Shown in pieces: positions 12,559 through 24,759 of a DNA stretch of 64,000 nucleotides. The translations under genes were made by a program, and so were the position numbers. Position 1 is the stretch's first letter, and each line of letters starts with the position of its first letter. Source of the DNA: Octopus vulgaris (Eukaryota); assembly GCA_951406725.2 (NCBI GenBank), contig OX597821.1, positions 108,438,001-108,502,000 of the forward strand. The letters are read 5' to 3'. The notes beneath the pieces were generated by a model, which worked only from the letters and a program-made list of their open reading frames with translations, was not told the origin of the DNA and did not search any database.

Positions 12559-14556
12559 AAAACTTAGATAAAACTTAGATATGTTTCGACCAGAGATTGG
12601 TCCAGGCCATGTCTAACTTAATAGCACCACCTGATAGGATTATTCGAATCCTGTTTAAGTCAAGTTTTGTTCAAGTAGTGAGTTCTTGTTGGGTGAGTTG
12701 TATCCAGTTTTGTTCAAGTAGTGAGTTCTTGTTGGGTGAGTTGTATCCAATTATGGGTGGCTTGTCTGGTATTCTTTGAAGGAATCTATCCAGACTCTGT
12801 TTGAAGTTGATGGGATCCTTTTCCTCTTTGATCTCCCTCGGGACAATGTTAAATAGGGCAGGGCCTGTTGAGGAAAAGAAATTATGTTGCAGTGTACATG
12901 TATGTTGTGATCTTGAATTTGGCAGGGGACGTATAGCCCATGGTCCAAGTCTCGGATGAACCTTGAAGCTAATGTTTAGGTCGTTTGGGCAAAGTTGGCG
13001 GTATATTTTCCACATCGTACAAATGATGTACCGCTCACGGCGACGCTGGAGGGAGTAAAGTTTCAAGGCTTTAAGGCGATCCCAATAGTCGAGAGCAGCC
13101 ATGCCTTCAATTTGTTTAGTGAGAGCCCTCTGGGGTGACTCAATTCTGGAGATGTTTTGTCTTGTGTGAGGAGACCACAGTGGGCAGCAGTATTCAAGGT
13201 GTGGCCGTACAAAGGATGAAAAAAGTGGTATGATGACACCTTGTTCTCTGGACCGGAAAGTTCTTAAGATCCAGGAACTCATCCTACGAGCTGTATCGAC
13301 CTTCTTGTTGATGTGTGCACTCCAACTGAGATCGTCATCAACAATTACACCCAGGTCTCTGATATTGTTAGAGGCTGTGAGCGGTTCCCCTGAAGGAAGA
13401 GAGTATGGTTGTTTTAGTGAGGAATTTCTTCCAAAATGCATCAGCTCAAATTTTCCCTCATTCAGTTGCATTTTGTTTCTGTCTGCCCATTGACTCACAG
13501 CATATAGGTCAGACTGGAGTTGAGTTCGGTCTGCTTCTTCATTGACGATTTGCTGGAGCTTAGTGTCATCAGCGAATATTTTCACTTTGCAGTGATGTAC
13601 GACACTGGAAAGGTCGTTTACATAAATTATGAAGAGTAGCGGACCCAAAACAGTTCCCTGGGGAACACCGCTGGTGACTTTTGCTGGGTTTGAGTGGACT
13701 CCATCAACTACAACATGTTGTGTTCTATTCGCTAGGAAATACTGAATCCAGTGTAGAACTTTTCCACGGATTCCAACATTTGCCAATTTTGAGAGTAGGA
13801 TGTTATGGTCTACCCTGTCGAACGCTTTACTGAAGTCAAGGTATATGACGTCAGAGTTCGAACCTGTTCCCAAGGCTTTGAGTACATCTTCAATGTGGTG
13901 TAAGAGCTGTGTTAGACAGTCCCTGCCACAGCGAAAACCATGTTGATTTGAATTTAGGAGTTTGTGGGTCTCCAGGAAGTCAGCTATCCTTGATCTTAAC
14001 ACTCTTTCAAACACTTTAATGATGTGGGAGGTGAGTGAGATTGGGCGATAGTTGACTGCGAGGGATCTGTTTCCCTGTTTGAAAACCAGGATGACCGACT
14101 GGGATAGAAACTTTTTCGGTATATAACCTGCGTCTAACGAGTTTCTCCAGAGGTTGGTCAGAGGGACTGCAAGTTGATATCTACATTCCTTCAGGAGACT
14201 GGCGGGAAATCTATCAGGGCCTACAGCGGAGTAATGTTTGACCTCATTTATTGCTGCTACGATGTCGGTGGCAGTGAAGGATATGTCTGCGATTTTGTGT
14301 TGGGAGTCAGCTTCGTTCGTTTCCCTCACATCAATATCAGTGGGAACACTGAAGACAGAGCAATATTGTTTCTGCAGTATTTCTGCCATTTCTTTAGCAT
14401 CGTGTTGGGGAATGCCGTTTTCATCAATCAATGGCCCAATGGGTGAGACAGTGGTTCTATGCTTATTTGCATAAGAATAGAACACTTTTGGGTTCTGTTT
14501 GATGTTTTTGATTACCCATTGTTCCTCCACAGCTCTTTGATTTTCAATGGAGGTTT
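12559..14556 (-). mobile_element. 5'-truncated CR1/Jockey-superfamily LINE inserted in (TA)n
   Basis: RT ORF, short 3' UTR with GACCA/TGGTC stem-loop and short repeated tail (ATCTAAGTTT); near-identical copy at 61714-63356. Confidence 0.92.
12671..14530 (-). CDS. LINE reverse transcriptase (ORF2, 5'-truncated, no endonuclease domain), uninterrupted 619 aa
   Basis: NYRPISLTS, QHGFR, YLDFSKAFDRVDH, GVPQGTVLGPLLF, FADDTKL, RDLGV, RPHLEYC, SLQRRRER motifs. Confidence 0.93.
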   Translation of the reverse strand: MEEQWVIKNIKQNPKVFYSYANKHRTTVSPIGPLIDENGIPQHDAKEMAEILQKQYCSVFSVPTDIDVRETNEADSQHKIADISFTATDIVAAINEVKHYSAVGPDRFPASLLKECRYQLAVPLTNLWRNSLDAGYIPKKFLSQSVILVFKQGNRSLAVNYRPISLTSHIIKVFERVLRSRIADFLETHKLLNSNQHGFRCGRDCLTQLLHHIEDVLKALGTGSNSDVIYLDFSKAFDRVDHNILLSKLANVGIRGKVLHWIQYFLANRTQHVVVDGVHSNPAKVTSGVPQGTVLGPLLFIIYVNDLSSVVHHCKVKIFADDTKLQQIVNEEADRTQLQSDLYAVSQWADRNKMQLNEGKFELMHFGRNSSLKQPYSLPSGEPLTASNNIRDLGVIVDDDLSWSAHINKKVDTARRMSSWILRTFRSREQGVIIPLFSSFVRPHLEYCCPLWSPHTRQNISRIESPQRALTKQIEGMAALDYWDRLKALKLYSLQRRRERYIICTMWKIYRQLCPNDLNISFKVHPRLGPWAIRPLPNSRSQHTCTLQHNFFSSTGPALFNIVPREIKEEKDPINFKQSLDRFLQRIPDKPPIIGYNSPNKNSLLEQNWIQLTQQELTT

Positions 14557-14584
14557 ATATATATATATATATATAATATAAATA

Positions 14585-14620
<36 letters not shown>

Positions 14621-14870
14621 ATGTGTGTATATGTATATGTACACATACACACACATCCGTATATGTGTACAGGACAAGCAACATAAAGAACGACCCTTCG
14701 ACAGTTGTCGCCCGTCTATCTACTCCTCCTTTCGAGCATTGAATATATATATATATAACTCGAACTTGCACACAAAAACACCAACCTCATGTCCTGTTCG
14801 GGACTGCAAGCAACAAGCCACAACATCTTTCTTTGGCGAGATAAATTCACAGAATGAAATATATTGATAA

Positions 14871-14930
14871 AAACTTATTTTACGTGATTTCGAAATTTGA
14901 TCAACATGATCTTGTTTTTCGTCAGAGGTT
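14871..14930 (-). ncRNA. Degenerate type I hammerhead motif
   Basis: AACCT-CTGACGA-...GATCA-tgt-TGATC...TTTC-GAAA-TCACGTAAAA-TA-AGTTT; core boxes intact, helices partly mismatched. Confidence 0.5.
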
Positions 14931-15105
14931 TCCACAATTACTCTGGGTTAATACTGGGATCTCTTTGCTATGAATATCAGGTGCCAATTTACACCCTCGT
15001 TAATTAATTTTACCTTTTTGGTTTCTAATTGCTATAACCACTTATATTATACTGTATTTAATATATCTTAATATATTAATATATTATTATATCTTATTGT
15101 ATGTT

Positions 15106-15179
<74 letters not shown>

Positions 15180-15844
15180 CGCGCGGGTGTCTGTGTTTGT
15201 CCCTCTTCCCACCATCATCTGACAACCGATGCTGGTCTGTTTGCGTCTCCGTAACTTAGCGGTTCTGCACAAGCGAAGTCTTGGGGTCGATTTGTTCGAC
15301 TAAAGGCGGAGCTCCAGCGCGGCCGCAGTCAAATGACTGAAACAAATAAACGATTGTGTGTGTATATGTGTGTGTGTGTAAGTGTGTGCCTGGCTTTCCG
15401 CCTGTGTTTGTTCTCCCCCACCATTGGCAATCGGTGTTGGTGAGTTAAGAAATCTGTCCGAAGCGCTAACGGCTCCGCCAAAATATGGCACTGCAACGAC
15501 AGCTACGACGGGGATGTTGGTAGGTCGTTGAATGGATTACAGCACGGCATTCGTAAATTCAAATGCAGTTTTCTATTCTAAGAGAGAATCCAAGATCTTC
15601 ATACCAATAAAGTTTTCTTGTCACGTTCCTGAGAATAAACAGAATAACCAAAGTGTTAACGAAACTTGCAATTCGTTATGGCTGGAGGGCATAGATGCGA
15701 TTCTTATAGATTTTTGGCGCTCAGTCGAATTACGTTTCGTACGTTTGCAATTTATAAAGAAGCGACAAGGTAGATATGGCCGACGATACTTCTTTAGAAA
15801 ATGTAAATGAAATGAAAGAATTCTTTAAAATAATGAAAGGTGAA

Positions 15845-15890
<46 letters not shown>

Positions 15891-16030
15891 GACGATGATT
15901 ATGATAATCATCCGAATATTAACGGCTCCGCCAAAAAGCACTGCAATTAACAGAAATGATAGAATGGATATCATCATCATCATCAATAATAATAATAATA
16001 ACAATGCAAAACTCCCTAATTTAATAATGA

Positions 16031-16061
<31 letters not shown>

Positions 16062-16694
16062 AATTTAGATGATGATGATGATGACGACGACGACGATGAT
16101 GACGTTGGCAATGTTGATGAAGGCTGTAGTAACGTTGATGTTGATGAGTGAGAGGAGAGAAGGAGGAGGAAAATGACGATGTTAACGATGGGAATGTCGG
16201 TGATGATGATGATGGTGATGATGATGAGGATGATGATGATGATGATGATAACGATAACAATGATGACAACGAAGGCGACGACGACGATGACGACGATAAT
16301 CGCTATAGACGAGGTGTCGGCGGTGGTGCTTGGAGGTGAGACTCCATTTCACAATTAGGCGTAAACCCTCAGGCAACGATATTTAAATAACTTGAAATTC
16401 TTCACTATCATACTTGTCAACGCCGCCCTCAACCCAATCACCAGCATCAACAGCATCATCATCCTCAACATCATCGTCGTCATCATCATCATCATCATAA
16501 TCATCATCGTCATCACCGACATTGAAAGCATCAGAAAAAGAGTAATAGTGTTGGTAGTGTTGGTAGTGGTGGTGTGGTGCTATTTTGTAATTCTTCCGTG
16601 CACGGTTCCCAATGTACTGGACCTTTGTGTCCATTTAAAAGACGTCATCATCGTTGTCAACAACATCATCATCATCATCATCATCATCGTTGTC

Positions 16695-16733
<39 letters not shown>

Positions 16734-16880
16734 GTCGTCGTCCTCGTCGTCGTTGTCTTCATCATCATCGCCTTCAACATCATCGTCATCACCATCGTCG
16801 TCTTCATCATCACCATCATCGTCGTCGTCGTCTTCATCATCATCATCATCATCATCACCATCATCATTGCCGTCACCATC
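15845..16880. repeat. Compound (GAT)n/(AAT)n/(CAT)n/(GAC)n trinucleotide domain
   Basis: Direct reading; gives poly-D/H/I/S pseudo-ORFs. Confidence 0.9.
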
Positions 16881-17510
16881 GTTATTGGTGTTGATACTGT
16901 TTCTTTCTTTCTTTCTTTCGTTCTTTTAGTTATTTATTTATTTATTTATTTACATTTCTTGTTTCTTTAACAAAGTTTTGAAACCCCGAGGGCTAAAACC
17001 GTTTCTCTCAGACTTTTGTTACCACACATCATTCTTTGAATGGAAATTCCTCAATGCCATTCGTCTCTTTTCACTACATTGTTTACTTTTCTCTCTCCGA
17101 TTTCTTCTTGTTTGCTCCATCTTGTTTTTTATTTATTTCTATTATTTTGTTTGTTTGTTTTCTTCTGCATGTACAAATTCTTTTTCGTCAATTTATATAT
17201 TCAACATACGCAATCACTCGGAGACACACAAATACATATATACACATATGAAAATAAACATATAAACACGCACGTATAAATATATACACATATATACACT
17301 GACAAATGCAAACCTCATTTGTGCAGATTGCATGTGTAAACATACCAGTATACTGGCAATGCATTATACGCAGACAAACAGACGCATATACACAAAACAC
17401 AAACGTCTGCATAATGCGTAAAAACACGTAGAAATATATAGATATGCGTACATTTATGCATACGCAATTCTGTGCACGCACGCCGGTACACATGCACACA
17501 CAAATATATA

Positions 17511-17599
<89 letters not shown>

Positions 17600-17764
17600 T
17601 GTATAAAGGGGTGGCAGTGTAGTAAGAAACTTGCTTCCCAACCATATGGTTCCAGGTTTAGTCCCATTGTGTGACACCTTGGGCAAGTGTCTTCTACTAC
17701 AGCTTTGGGCACGCCAATGGCGTGTGAGTGGATTAGGTAGATGAAAACGGAAAGAAGTCTGTCG

Positions 17765-17838
<74 letters not shown>

Positions 17839-17844
17839 CATATA

Positions 17845-18048
17845 AAGCGGCGAGCTGGCAGAATCGTTAGCACGACGGGCGAAATGCTTAGCAGTATTTC
17901 GTCTATCGCTACATTCTGAGTTCAAATTCCGCCGAGGTCGATTAAATAAGCACCAGTTACGCACTGGGTCGATATAATCGACTTAATCCGTTTGTCTGTC
18001 CTTGTTTGTCCCTTCTGTGTTTAGCCCCTAGTGGGTAGTAAAAAAATA
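17845..18048 (+). mobile_element. tRNA-derived SINE, family B
   Basis: GCGGCGAGCTGGCAGAATCGTTAGC...GAGTTCAAATTCCGCC; homolog of 5481-5710. Confidence 0.85.
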
Positions 18049-18059
18049 TAAATAAATAA

Positions 18060-18121
<62 letters not shown>

Positions 18122-18217
18122 TTAATCCAAACAAGAAAACACAAAAAAACACACAGCAACGCGAGTATGTGGAACAAATAAAGTATTATTGGACGCTCAG
18201 GAAAGAAGGTAAGGAAG

Positions 18218-18252
18218 GTTTAACGTTTCGAGCGGAGCTCTTCGTCGGAAAC
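18218..18252 (-). ncRNA. Minimal hammerhead motif, U4C core variant
   Basis: GTTT-CCGACGA-A-GAGC-tcc-GCTC-GAAA-CG-TT-AAAC; helices I and II perfect, palindromic ACGT helix III. Confidence 0.65.
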
Positions 18253-18336
18253 AAAGGAGAAGGAAATTTTTTTGCTGGCGGTGCTCACGAGGTCACATGT
18301 TGAAATATATACACACACACACACACACACACGCAC

Positions 18337-18373
<37 letters not shown>

Positions 18374-18659
18374 TGTATTTATATGTATAAATCTATATGC
18401 GTGTGCTTTTGTATCTGTGTTTGTGTCCAACCACCACTTGGCAACCGGTGCTGATGTCTTTACGTCCAATCAACCTAGCTGTTTGACAAAAAGAGACCGA
18501 TATAATAAATAGTAGGCCTCTAGCAAAATATATACTGAGATCAATCTTTCTACAAAAATGTCCTTCAAAGTTGTTGTCCAGCATGGCCGCAGTTAAATGA
18601 CTGGAACAAGTAAAAAATTATGAGAAAATGATATTACTATGGATATGTTGTTACGAAGC

Positions 18660-19461
18660 TCGCTTTGCATCCATGAAGTTTTAACGTTGTAGCTCACTTC
18701 CGCTGTTTACAGCAGTTCTTGGAAGGAAGGTGTGTAGCGTGTCAACGTTGCATTGACCCTGAGAGAGAAAGTTGTCATGATGATAGTTGCTCAGGGGCCT
18801 ACGCAAATTTGCAGAAAGTGTATGGAGAGGAGTTTATGTGCTGTACACAAGTGTACGAGTGGTTCAGACGTTTCCAAGGTGGCCGAAAAAATAACAACAC
18901 TGAAGAACATTTTGAGCGACACAAATCCAGCAGAACTGAGAAAAGCATCGTAGATGTGCGTGCAGCTATGAGTGGAATCCGTCGAATCCCCGTCTGTGAA
19001 TTATCAGAGGATGTGCAGATTAGTTATGGTTCAGTTCAGTCCGTTATCACTGAAGATTCGGGCATGACACGTATGTCTGCTATGTTTGTGCCCAAACTGC
19101 TTTCAGCTGACTAAAAAGACACTCGGGTTTCAGTTCCACAAGATTTCTTTGATTGTGTCGACAACCATGAAGACTTTCTGAAAAGTTTGCGTAGGTCTCT
19201 GAGCAGGTATCGCCAAGCTTTTGGAAAACTGTCATGCAGATTCTCTGCTCAACTTTCTCTCTCAAGATGAATGCGACGATCAAATGCTACGTCCATTCAT
19301 TCCAAGCATTGCTGTAATCTTCGGGAGAGAGCTAGAACATTAAAACTTAGTGCGAATGCACAGCAGAGTTCAAGATAAACCTGTGCCTAGCGGCTTTACT
19401 CTGTGTGCTTTAGCTACCTTACTATGGCAACAGTCTCGCTAATTATTGATCAAACCACGTA
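18660..19461. mobile_element. Defective mariner (Tc1/mariner) element with an inverted duplication of its 5' end
   Basis: Plus ORF 18719..19114 reads YANLQKVYGEE...VYEWFRRFQ...FVPKLL (mariner HTH and WVP-like linker); minus 19180-19461 carries TACGTGGTTTGATCAATAA (TIR-like) and EKVEQRICMTVFQKLG N-terminus. Confidence 0.85.
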
Positions 19462-20177
19462 CAAAGTATTTTAGAGCCTTCAGCAAGGGGAGAGCCATGC
19501 ACAAGGCCAGCACGCAGGACAGAATGCTTAGCATCATTCATCCCTCATTATGGTCTGAGTTCAAATCCAACCGAGGTCAACTTTACCTTTCAATGTCAAT
19601 GAAATAAGAAACAGTTGAACACAGGTGGAGGGCAATATAATCGACAAATTCCCTCTCACAATTTCAGTGTCCGTCTACCAAATCCACTCACAAGGCTTTG
19701 GTTGGCCTGAGGCTCTAGTAGAAGACACTTGCACAATGTGCCTCGCAGTGGGACTGAACCCGGAACCATGTAGTTCGAAAGCAAGCTACTTACCACACAG
19801 CCACTCCTGACCCTTTTTATATTACAAGCACAACTCATTTTTGCCAGCTGATGGGACTGAAGCAACGAAAAATATGGTGACTTGATGTGCCACGCCATGT
19901 GTTGAAGGACGCAACGCGCCGTCGGGAATCGAATTCGTGACCTGACATTCGTGATATTTATGTACGTGTGTTTTTGTGTCTGTGATAGCCTCCCCACCAT
20001 CGCTTAACAACCGGTATTGGTGTGTTTACGTCCCTGTAATTAGCAGTTCGGCAAAGGAGACCGATAGAATAAATACTAGGCCTACAAAGAATAAGTCCTG
20101 GAGTCAATTCTTCAACCAAAACCCTATAAGACGGTGCTCCAGCATGGCCGCAATCAAGTGACTGAAACAACTAAAGG

Positions 20178-20244
<67 letters not shown>

Positions 20245-20963
20245 CATATATATGTATGTATATATAAGTATGTATATATATATGTATATATAGACATTTG
20301 TACATATATATATATATATATATTATGTATATGTGTGTGTGTGTGTGTGTATGTATGTATATATGTATGTATGCATTGCATTCTTCAACGTTTTTCTTTG
20401 TCATGTCGTATTTTCTTTCATTTTTCATATAACTTCTATTATATTTAGAATAAAATTTGGCAGCAGCTGGGAGACTCCGTACTGTTAAAGATTTCAGTTT
20501 ACTTTTGGGATTTAAAAGTATTCCAATTTTCCAAAATATTTCTTTGGTCTGCAACATACATCGTATTCTAAGCATAACTGAGATTCTTTAAAAAAAAAAA
20601 AACAATTTTTTTATAAAGAAAATTAATGAATGCCTAATTAAGTAAATAATTACTAACGGAAATAGGAATAATCATTAAAAAAAAATATGAATAAAATTGT
20701 GCTGACATATGAAGAAATAATTTGGCTGAGGGTGAAGAGGACGTCAAATGCAAGAAGCTTTATGAGGTTTTCATCGACATTTGGTTTCAATTATTTCGCT
20801 TTTAGAGATTTACTCGTAAAGATTTAGCTGTTGTTGTTGTTGTTGTTCATGGACTTGATATTTGGAACTATGAAGATATAAGAACATAAGGGTTTTCGCA
20901 AAAGTGAATCAAAGTAACTATGAGTAAACCCAATAAAATTGTATATATATGTATGTATGTGTG

Positions 20964-21054
<91 letters not shown>

Positions 21055-21197
21055 ATGACGGCTTCCACACAATTTCCATCTGCCAAATTCACTTACTAAG
21101 ACATTAGTTGGTCCGTGTTGGAGTAGAAGACATTTGCACAACATATCATGGAGTGGGACTGAACCTGAAAATACGTGTTTGAAAAGAAACTTTTTAT

Positions 21198-21235
<38 letters not shown>

Positions 21236-21594
21236 TGTGTGGATTGAATAGTGGACATGGTATTTGATTTTCTATAAGGAATGAACAAGAGAATGAACTG
21301 CCCTTTGCGCTAGTCTGCTCCTTTCTAAAGGATACAAATCGGGTACCTCATCCAGGTCCCTCTCCTTCCAATTGTATCATCAGGGATGTGACGATGGTGT
21401 TTGTATGACCGAGTCGATGACTACTCATAACTCTTTAGCATATTATTTGGTTTCAAATTGTGTTGAAGGATACAACGCGCCGTCGGGGATCGAACTTGTG
21501 ACATTACCTTTTTTGATCCGAATACCCTAATCACTAAACCACGCACCTATATATATACACAAATTACACACACACACACACATACATACATATA

Positions 21595-21980
21595 GGCGCA
21601 GGAGTGGCTGTGTGGTTAGTAGCTTGCTTACCAACCACATGGTTCCAGGTTCAATCCCACTGCGTGGCACCTTGGTCAAGTGTATTCTACTATAGTCTCG
21701 GGCCGACCAAAGCCTTGTGAGTAGATTTAGTAGACGGAAACTGAAAGAAGTCCGTCGTATATATGTATATATATGTGTCTGTGTGTATTTGTGTGTCAAT
21801 ATTTGTTCCCCCATCATCGCTTCACAACCGATGCTGGTATGTTTACGTCCCCGTAACTTTGCGGTTCGACAAAAAAGTCTGATAGAATAAGTACGTCTTA
21901 CGAAGAATAAGTCCTGGGGTCGATTTACTCGACTAAAGGCGGTGCTCCAGCATGGCCGCAGTCACATGACTTAAACAAGT
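21595..21980 (+). mobile_element. tRNA-derived SINE, family A (full length, CORE-like segment, internal TA/TG tract)
   Basis: TGGCTGTGTGG box A, GGTTCAATCCC box B, GGCACCTTGGTCAAGTGT; conserved tail GCTCCAGCATGGCCGCAGTC; more than 12 whole or partial copies in the window. Confidence 0.88.
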
Positions 21981-21991
21981 ATTTTTTTAAA

Positions 21992-22326
21992 GACCCCCTT
22001 CGGTCATGAATGACCATGGGATTGCACCTAGAAAGTTACCCTCCTAGACACAGTCCGGGCAAGGTTGTTTATGGAAGGCCAGCAGTCGCCCATGCATACC
22101 AGACTCCCCTCTCCACGCCACCAGTGTTATCCAAGGGAAAGGCAAAGGGGCCGATACAGCTTGGCACCTGTGACGTCGCAACTCATTTCTACAGCTGAGT
22201 GAACTGGTGCAACGTGAAATAAAGTGCCTTGCTCAAGAACACAACACGCAGCCCGGTCCGGGATTCGAGCTCACAACCTCACGATCGTAAGCTCGACGCT
22301 CTAACCACTGAGCCATGCCCCGCCTT
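21992..22326 (-). mobile_element. tRNA-derived SINE, family D (CORE-like)
   Basis: Minus: TGGCTCAGTGGTTAGAGCG...GAGCTCGAATCCC then GTGTTCTTGAGCAAGGCACTTTA. Confidence 0.8.
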
Positions 22327-22351
22327 ATGCAATTTTTAAAAGGTGTTTATT

Positions 22352-22395
22352 CACTTGACCGGTTTCACTTTTTTAGAAAAAGATTGTCAAAAGTA
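22352..22395 (-). ncRNA. Hammerhead motif with U3:A8 core (left arm)
   Basis: TACTT-TTGACAA-T-CTTTTT-cta-AAAAAG-T-GAAA-CCGG-TC-AAGTG. Confidence 0.65.
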
Positions 22396-22586
22396 ACATG
22401 TAAAAACTTTGTTGTGTTAAGTACTGGTTGTCACAAAATATTACAATACATATATACATTCTTTGATAATAATAAGAAACTGTTAAAAACTGTTTTTAAC
22501 ATGTTCTTATTACTATCAAAGAATGTATAGATGTATTGCAATATTTTGTGACAACTAGTACTTAACACAACAAAACTTTTACACGT

Positions 22587-22630
22587 TACTTTTGACAATC
22601 TTTTTCTAAAAAAGTGAAACCGGTCAAGTG
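22587..22630 (+). ncRNA. Hammerhead motif with U3:A8 core (right arm)
   Basis: Identical 44-nt motif; palindromic ACCGGT helix III, GUC triplet. Confidence 0.65.
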
Positions 22631-22792
22631 AATAAACACCTTTTAAAATTGCATTTTCAAACCTTCTTTCTTATATATTTCCACTCGTGCGGTATCTTAC
22701 AACTTCACTTTGTTATATATATATATATATAAGTTAAACAGAATGAGATAAAAATCCAAGGATGTGAAAGATATCAGAACATTTATAAATAG

Positions 22793-22840
22793 GTCTTACA
22801 GCTGTTTCCGGGATACTTTATATATTCCTTCATCGGAGAC
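22793..22840 (-). ncRNA. Minimal type I hammerhead motif, U4C variant
   Basis: GTCT-CCGATGA-A-GGA...TCC-CG-GAAA-CAGCTG-TA-AGAC; palindromic ACAGCTGT helix III, GUA triplet; helix II junction imperfect. Confidence 0.65.
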
Positions 22841-23094
22841 GGTGTGACATAATGGTTAAGCAATAGTTATTTTAGATAAGATATGAAATAGAGAGTGAAG
22901 TGGAGGAATGAAATTGGACGTGAAATATGCAGGGATATTGTATCTGCAGTTCCATTATTTAAGCAGAATCGTATACATATAAGTTTCCTGTACCATGTGA
23001 GTTCCAATAGTATGCATATATATATGTACATACACAGATGTTGGTATCATATATATACACACTTCCACGGAAACAACCATATATATATATATAT

Positions 23095-23376
23095 ATAAAT
23101 TAGAAAAAAAAACACGTTTTATCAATTCAAAATGAACAATTAAATTACACCATCTAGAAAATTACATATAATAGAAATATTAAAATTAAAATAAGAATAA
23201 AATATCAATAATTAAGTAAATTATATACGTTTTTATTTTTTTTTTTTGCAATTTACTTAATTATTGATATTTTATTGTTATTTTAATTCTAATATTTCTA
23301 TTATATGTAATTTTCTAGATGGTGTAATTTAATTGTTCATTTTGAATTGATAAAAGTTGGGTTTTTTTCTAATTTT
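23095..23376. repeat. AT-rich long inverted repeat (arms about 127 bp, spacer about 28 bp)
   Basis: TTTTATCAATTCAAAATGAACAATTAAATTACACCATCTAGAAAATTAC... is mirrored at 23250-23376. Confidence 0.9.
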
Positions 23377-23662
23377 TATATATATATATACTACATTGTG
23401 TGAAATTTGATTTGGCATTTCTAAATTGAATTTTTTTCCCTGTAAGTTTGGATTAATATTACCTCAAATAATTGTATATATATGTATATGAGTGCATGTG
23501 TGTGTGTGTGTGTTTGTGTGTGGGTATGTGTATGTGTGTGTGTATGCTTGTCTGTGTGTAAGTATGTGTGCGTGCATGCTTAAGCGAATCTTTAGGTTCA
23601 TGCTATTATGTGCTGAACATTATTGCACATCCTGCATATATAAATTCGTGCGAAAATCATAC

Positions 23663-23703
<41 letters not shown>

Positions 23704-23854
23704 AACACACACACGCACACACACACATAACACACCCACATACAACACATGCACAAACAATCACATACTCACTCATGCGCACATACATATATAGACACAC
23801 ATACATATATGTATATATGTATATATACACCTATATATATCCATACATATGTAG

Positions 23855-23913
<59 letters not shown>

Positions 23914-24639
23914 TATATGAAATATAAAGCATTAATATTAGATATGTGTATGTAGACATATTTTACTTATTTTTGGAAACGTACGGTAAAAAAGACGAGA
24001 GGTGCTTTCATAAAATACACACTCATGCACACACAGACACACGTGCGTACAGATGCATGCGTGTGTAAAAATATGCGTATGCCCTTCTCTCTCGAGTGCA
24101 AAGATGCATATACATATATCCACATCTTTTTTTTGTAAGTGTTTGTATTAGATACATATCTAGAAAAAATATTATCATGGTAATAGCCTTTTTTTCCCCC
24201 TTCCGTTACAGAACTGCGCAGCTTCATCGGCCATTATTGCTATACAAAACGTACAGATTTATATATATGTATATGTATATGTATATATATGTATATATGT
24301 ATGTACATTTATTTATATACATGTGTATATATATATATATGCGAGTGTATGTGTGCGTGAGTGTGTATGTATACAGGCGTATATTTTGGGGTGTATGTAA
24401 TATACATTCGCTTATCGTTTATCATGGATCAAATAGACTTGATGTCGCCTGTATTTCTGCATATGCCATCAACTTATCTGTGAAACGTGTGTGGTATTGT
24501 TCTTGTAGTTATGAAAATATGGCTTTGTATTTTAATTTAAGTAGAATTTGACTGAGTTAGAATCGCGTTTTTGAGTCAATGGTTTATTCATCATGTTCAT
24601 ACGTACATACACACATATATATACATATATATATGTATA

Positions 24640-24683
<44 letters not shown>

Positions 24684-24721
24684 TACACAGTACCATGCAA
24701 ACGCACAAACTCATATATACA

Positions 24722-24759
<38 letters not shown>

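Larger units (their letters stand above)
22328..22654. repeat. Inverted repeat (arms about 122 bp, spacer about 80 bp), each arm carrying a hammerhead motif
   Basis: 22328-22450 is the near-exact reverse complement of 22532-22654. Confidence 0.9.

Noticed and set aside
22255-22322. tRNA genes (also heads at 11050, 21600, 34235, 60710)
   Set aside because: Box A/B present but acceptor stems are incomplete and each continues into a SINE body
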